From: Candidatus Onthoplasma sp.
GTDB lineage: Bacteria > Bacillota > Clostridia > Christensenellales > UBA1242
Length of the DNA: 64,000 nucleotides
Assembly: GCA_045637825.1 (NCBI GenBank)
Contig: JAZUAD010000021.1
Location: forward strand, 84-64,083
Direction: 5' to 3'
Each line of letters opens with the position of its first letter. Positions within the stretch are counted from its first letter, which is position 1. The position numbers and the translations under genes are program-made. The notes under the pieces were generated by a model that saw only the letters and a program-made list of their open reading frames with translations, did no database searches and had not been told where the DNA came from. Below, piece after piece: positions 59,499-64,000 of the stretch.

Positions 59499-62400
59499 AT
59501 GATTACTTTTAAGCAGATAGAAATGGCTGGTTTTAAGTCATTTGCCGACACTACTAAAATTAATTTTGACGGAGGTATTACTGCAATTGTTGGTCCTAAT
59601 GGTTGTGGCAAAAGCAATGTTGCAGATGCTATACGTTGGGTACTAGGTGAACAAAGGAAAAAGGAATTGCGTGGCGAGAGTATGCAAGACGTTATTTTTG
59701 CTGGCTCAGAAAAGCGTAAAAAGCTATCTTATTGCGAAGTTTCTATTATTTTTGATAACACCAACAAATGGTTTAATATCGAATATGATGAAGTAATGAT
59801 TACTCGTAAACTTTATCGTTCTGGCGAAAGTGAGTATTATATCAACAAAAAATTATGTAGATTAAAAGACATTACCAATTTATTGTACGATAGTGGTGTA
59901 GGGCGTGAAGGTTATTCTATTATAGGTCAAGGTAAAGTAGAACAAATTATATCTTCAAAGCCAGAAGATAGACGTACCATATTCGAAGACGCTGCTGGAA
60001 TTTCAAAATTTAAGGCAAGAAAAAATGAAGCAGAAAATGAACTAAGCAAATATCGTGACAACTTATCTCGTACTAATGATATTATGCTTGAAATTGAGCG
60101 TAGATTAGGACCGCTTAAGCGCCAATCGGAAGATGCTAAAAAGTCATTAATGTTGCGTGATACATTAAAAGATTTGGAAGTTAATGCTTATATTTATCAA
60201 TACGAGCACGCCAGCGTAATTAAAGATGAAATTAATGTAAGAAAAAAGGGTTATACCGATAATTTAACCATTAAACAAAACGAATATAATAATTTGCAAA
60301 TTAAGTATGCTTCTAATATGGCAGAAATGGATAGAGTAGATAAAACTATTAATGAATTACATGACAGAATACTTAATTTAACAGTACAATTTGAAAAGAA
60401 ACAAGGTGAAAACAACCTTTTAAATGAGCGTATGTTGCATATTAGCGAACAAACTAAGCGTGTAACAGATGAGGTTGGTACTCTTGAATTAGAGCACAAC
60501 CAAATTATTTCATTATTATCTAATGCAAAGGCATCTAAAGATGAAGAAACCGCTACATTAAAAACTTTACGTATTGAAAGCGAAAAATTGTCTAACGAAT
60601 ATTTGGAATTGATAGATAGAATTACTGAAAATGAGGATAGTAAAGAAGCAAGTCATAGGGCATATATAGACAATTTGGAAAAATTGACTGATATTAAATC
60701 TAACATGTCGGCTTTAATTGCTAAACGTGATGCAATGCAAACTAATATCGAGGTAGATACTAGTAAGGTTGATTTAATAAAATTAGAATTAGAAGACTTG
60801 CAAAGTCAAATAGACAAATTGTCAAAAGAAGTTGATGTAACTGAGCGTCAAAAAACAAAGGTAGAAACCGATATATCAGTTAATAAAACTAATTTGCAAG
60901 ACTTAGAAAATCAATTGGCTAATCTAAATAATGAGATTTTTGCTTATAAATCTGCCATTTCCAACGATACTAACCGTAAAGAATTATTGCAAAACTTACA
61001 AAGCAACTTTGAAGGGTATCAAACTGCCGTAAAAAGATTGTTAAAAGATAGTGCTTCCAATAAGCAATTATCAAGTGCCATAAAGGGTGTTATAGGCAAT
61101 ATTATTGAGGTAAAATCAACTTACGCTACTGCTATTGAAGTGGCTTTAGGTGCTAGTGTTCAAAATATTGTTACACAAAATGAAGAAGATGCTAAAATAC
61201 TAATTGATTACTTAAAAGCAGGCAAAATTGGACGTGCAACTTTCTTACCTATGTCTGCAGTTAAACCTAGAAGTTTAATGGCTAATGACAAGAGATATTT
61301 GTCTAGTAAAGGTTGTTTAGGTATTGCTAGCGAAATAATTTCTTATCCAAGTGAATATTCAAGGGTTATTGAAAGTTTACTGGGTAGCACAGTAATTGTA
61401 GATACATTAGATAATGCTGTAAATATTGCTAGAAATAGTGGATATTCATTTAAAATAGTTACCTTAGAAGGAGATGTGTTGTCACCACAAGGTTCAATGG
61501 CTGGTGGTAGCAAAAAATCTAACGAAACCTCTGTTATAGGTAAGGAAAATGAAATTAAAGAATTGACTAAAACTATTGAAAAAAATACTAAATATTTGCA
61601 AGAATTAGAGGATACTAATAAGGAACTATTAAATAAAGTTGTTTCTTTAAGACAATTTAGGGAAGAAAGTTCTAGTAAATTACAATTATTAAATAATGAA
61701 TTTGCATCTAAAATATCTAAATTGCAAGCATTACAAGAAAAGGCAGAGGTTTTAACTCAAAATATTAATCAATATGAAAGTCAGTTGACAGTTGCTAAGC
61801 AAATTATTAAAGACCTACAAGATAAAATTGATAGTGTGGATAGTTTGGAAACTGATATTACAACTTCACAAAAACAAATGAGCGAAACCTCAAATTCTTC
61901 ACAATCAATGTATACTGAACTTAAATCAAAACGTGAAGAATATAACACAAATATAACTGAATATAAGATAAAAATTGCAAGTTGTGAAGAAAAAATTAGG
62001 GCATTAGAACTTCAAATTGAAAATTATGAAAATCAATTAAAAGAAAGCGAATTAAATATTGAAAAAGCCAAAATAGAGTTATCTAAACAACAAGAAATAT
62101 TTAATCAAGCACAAATGCACCAACAAGAGTCTTTGCGTGAAATTGATTCATCAGGAATTGGGGAGGAGTTGCAAACCCTTAATGCAAAGCGTGGCACAAT
62201 TGAACAATTTAGGAGTTCTATATTAAATGAACTTAAAGACCTTGATGATAAAAAGGGCGAAATTCAAGCAGAGATTGGTAGACTTCAAAATAAATTATAT
62301 CAAGAAGAAACTAAACTCCAAAAAGTAGATATTGATATAGAAAATATGCAAGAACGTATTTATGAGGAATACGAAATGACATATAATGACTGCGTACCAT

Positions 62401-63104
62401 TTAAGCATGAAGATTTTGATATTAAGCAAGGAATGATTGAAATTAATAGAATTAAAACTCAAATTGCTTCCTTAGGTTCAATTAATATTAATGCTATAGA
62501 GGAATATAAAACAGAGGGTGCTAGATATGAGGAAATGAGCGCTCAAGTAAAAGACTTGCAAAAAGCAGAAGCTGATTTGGTAAAAATTATTCAAGACTTG
62601 TCTAGCGAAATGTTGCAAAAGTTCAATACAGAGTTTACTAAAATTAATACAAACTTTACTCAAGTGTTTAAGGAATTGTTTGGCGGTGGTGATGCTCGAC
62701 TAGAAATATTGCCTAACGAGGACCCTTTAAGTGCTGGTGTTGAAATTAGCGCTTGTCCTCCAGGTAAAGCATTAAAAAATATTTCATTACTTAGTGGTGG
62801 AGAAAAAACAATGACTGCCATAGCGATATTATTTGCAATATTAAAACTTCGTCCAATGCCTTTCTGTTTCCTAGACGAAATTGAGGCAGCACTAGATGAT
62901 AATAATATTGAAAGATATGCTAGATACTTAAAGAGATTCTCCCAAGATACACAATTTATTGTAATTACACACCGTAAGCCAACTATGGAATTAGCAGATA
63001 GTTTATTTGGTGTTACAATGCAAGAAAAAGGTGTATCTAAGATAGTGTCTGTAAAACTAAGTGAAGCAGTAAAAGTTACTGAAACGGACAAAAAAGATAA
63101 ATAA
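59499..63104 (+). CDS. smc: Chromosome partition protein Smc
   Basis: Walker A GPNGCGKSN, hinge (GRATFLPM), long coiled coils, signature LSGGEK, Walker B FCFLDEIEAALD. Confidence 0.96.
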   Translation: MITFKQIEMAGFKSFADTTKINFDGGITAIVGPNGCGKSNVADAIRWVLGEQRKKELRGESMQDVIFAGSEKRKKLSYCEVSIIFDNTNKWFNIEYDEVMITRKLYRSGESEYYINKKLCRLKDITNLLYDSGVGREGYSIIGQGKVEQIISSKPEDRRTIFEDAAGISKFKARKNEAENELSKYRDNLSRTNDIMLEIERRLGPLKRQSEDAKKSLMLRDTLKDLEVNAYIYQYEHASVIKDEINVRKKGYTDNLTIKQNEYNNLQIKYASNMAEMDRVDKTINELHDRILNLTVQFEKKQGENNLLNERMLHISEQTKRVTDEVGTLELEHNQIISLLSNAKASKDEETATLKTLRIESEKLSNEYLELIDRITENEDSKEASHRAYIDNLEKLTDIKSNMSALIAKRDAMQTNIEVDTSKVDLIKLELEDLQSQIDKLSKEVDVTERQKTKVETDISVNKTNLQDLENQLANLNNEIFAYKSAISNDTNRKELLQNLQSNFEGYQTAVKRLLKDSASNKQLSSAIKGVIGNIIEVKSTYATAIEVALGASVQNIVTQNEEDAKILIDYLKAGKIGRATFLPMSAVKPRSLMANDKRYLSSKGCLGIASEIISYPSEYSRVIESLLGSTVIVDTLDNAVNIARNSGYSFKIVTLEGDVLSPQGSMAGGSKKSNETSVIGKENEIKELTKTIEKNTKYLQELEDTNKELLNKVVSLRQFREESSSKLQLLNNEFASKISKLQALQEKAEVLTQNINQYESQLTVAKQIIKDLQDKIDSVDSLETDITTSQKQMSETSNSSQSMYTELKSKREEYNTNITEYKIKIASCEEKIRALELQIENYENQLKESELNIEKAKIELSKQQEIFNQAQMHQQESLREIDSSGIGEELQTLNAKRGTIEQFRSSILNELKDLDDKKGEIQAEIGRLQNKLYQEETKLQKVDIDIENMQERIYEEYEMTYNDCVPFKHEDFDIKQGMIEINRIKTQIASLGSININAIEEYKTEGARYEEMSAQVKDLQKAEADLVKIIQDLSSEMLQKFNTEFTKINTNFTQVFKELFGGGDARLEILPNEDPLSAGVEISACPPGKALKNISLLSGGEKTMTAIAILFAILKLRPMPFCFLDEIEAALDDNNIERYARYLKRFSQDTQFIVITHRKPTMELADSLFGVTMQEKGVSKIVSVKLSEAVKVTETDKKDK

Positions 63105-63110
63105 AAAAAT

Positions 63111-63144
63111 AAAAGTATACGAAATTAATTGTATACTTTTTTTT
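63111..63144. terminator. Bidirectional terminator between smc and the convergent M15 peptidase gene
   Basis: Arms aaaagtatac/gtatactttt flanked by an A-run and a T-run. Confidence 0.7.
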
Positions 63145-63147
63145 AAG

Positions 63148-63984
63148 TTATAAAGTTTGATTATTTTCTTTTTCATGTACCAATATTTCATTTATAAATA
63201 AATCAGCATATTGATTTAATAAGTCTTTTTCGTTTTCTGCTTTAATATCGTATTGCAATAGTTTTACATAATCTTCTAAAAATACATCTTGACCTACTTT
63301 GTCACGCAAATGTGCAATACGTTGCGAATGTTCAGGGCCAACATATCTCCAGTGCCATGCTTCAGCTTCTGGCATTCCAGTAACTGTTTCAATACGAGGG
63401 GATTGAGGGTAAGTTTGGATAAAACCAAATTTTTCCATTACTAAACGACGAGTTAGAAAATTTAATAATCCATTATTAGCATCAGGATATTTTTCTTTAA
63501 TTTTATCAGGAATTTTAACATTGGTCATATCAACTTTTATATCAATTGCAAGGCCAGAATGATGCTCGCTATGACCAATGCGTGCTGCATATTTTTTTTG
63601 ATGGCCATAAGCGATTTTGATTAGCTTGGGGTTTTTAACAATAGCTAAAACTTTTTTAGGTAAACTAACAGAACTTTTTTTGTCCTCAAGTTCTTTTTTT
63701 GCCTGATTATTTAATTTTATAGCAAAAGTTTCACCTTGCGCATATATTTGGTCAACAAAACTGCGTCCTGCTGATATTAGATTACATTTTATACCAAGTT
63801 TATCAAATTCTTGCAAAACAAGGTCAAAGGACTGCTTTGTATTTTTTTCAATAAAAGAGGTTTTTTTGCCCCAGTCTCCATCAGTAACGGCAACTTTTTC
63901 ATATTCAAAGTTTTTAAAATCTTCTTTATTATATGAAACTCTAGCGTTAATAATTGTTAGATATGGGTCTTTAATTTTTGTCAT
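63148..63984 (-). CDS. M15 family D-alanyl-D-alanine carboxypeptidase (VanY-like)
   Basis: Zinc-ligand motifs SEHHSGLAIDI (HxxxxxxD) and EAWHWRYVG (ExxH). RBS aaggaga on the (-) strand. Confidence 0.8.
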   Translation of the reverse strand: MTKIKDPYLTIINARVSYNKEDFKNFEYEKVAVTDGDWGKKTSFIEKNTKQSFDLVLQEFDKLGIKCNLISAGRSFVDQIYAQGETFAIKLNNQAKKELEDKKSSVSLPKKVLAIVKNPKLIKIAYGHQKKYAARIGHSEHHSGLAIDIKVDMTNVKIPDKIKEKYPDANNGLLNFLTRRLVMEKFGFIQTYPQSPRIETVTGMPEAEAWHWRYVGPEHSQRIAHLRDKVGQDVFLEDYVKLLQYDIKAENEKDLLNQYADLFINEILVHEKENNQTL

Positions 63985-64000
63985 AATATCTCCTTAAAAA

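Overview
This 64 kb window looks like a chromosomal segment of a low-GC, endospore-forming Firmicute (Bacillota). It carries spoIIAA-spoIIAB-sigF, uses the standard genetic code (TGA is a stop), and almost every gene is on the + strand. All calls come from motif recognition and manual reading; no database search was possible.

Most of the window is ordinary housekeeping:
- feoB (5' end truncated by the window), der, plsY, rnj, trmR plus a U32 peptidase, dagK-like kinase, patatin, pta-ackA, rpsB-tsf.
- A (-) strand nucleoside phosphorylase, two paralogous membrane proteins, a lipoprotein serine protease, and a helicase-associated-domain repeat protein.
- tgt-yajC-secD-secF-recJ-rel, and RNase P RNA on the (-) strand.
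- A dcw cluster (rsmH-ftsL-pbp-murE-mraY-ftsW ... murA-ftsQ-ftsA-ftsZ), then tRNA-Lys/Leu/Gln.
- An M16 peptidase, cysS, the spoIIA operon, rpsU, pcrA-ligA, smc, and a (-) strand M15 (VanY-like) peptidase.

The stand-out region is 36.3-40.6 kb, inside the dcw cluster between ftsW and murA.
- The last ~43 codons of ftsW occur four times: once as the functional gene end and three times as displaced fragments.
- Each copy is followed by the same small module: a hairpin terminator, then a TGnTATAAT extended -10 promoter (TATACT hexamer after the native ftsW end), then an RBS.
- Each module drives a different single cargo gene: a YpgQ-like HD hydrolase, a 78-aa ORF, a second unrelated HD hydrolase, and a 510-aa protein with two RNxxxH (HEPN-type) motifs.
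- The first displaced fragment differs from the functional end almost only at synonymous sites. The fragments decay with distance from ftsW, and the cargo-to-fragment junctions share a conserved ~29-nt motif.
- No recombinase is visible in the array.

I read this as an integron-like, polar array of recombinase-less mini-cassettes that target the ftsW 3' end and carry defence-like cargo. I do not recognise this as a described system. Mechanism and function are inference and need comparative and experimental checks.
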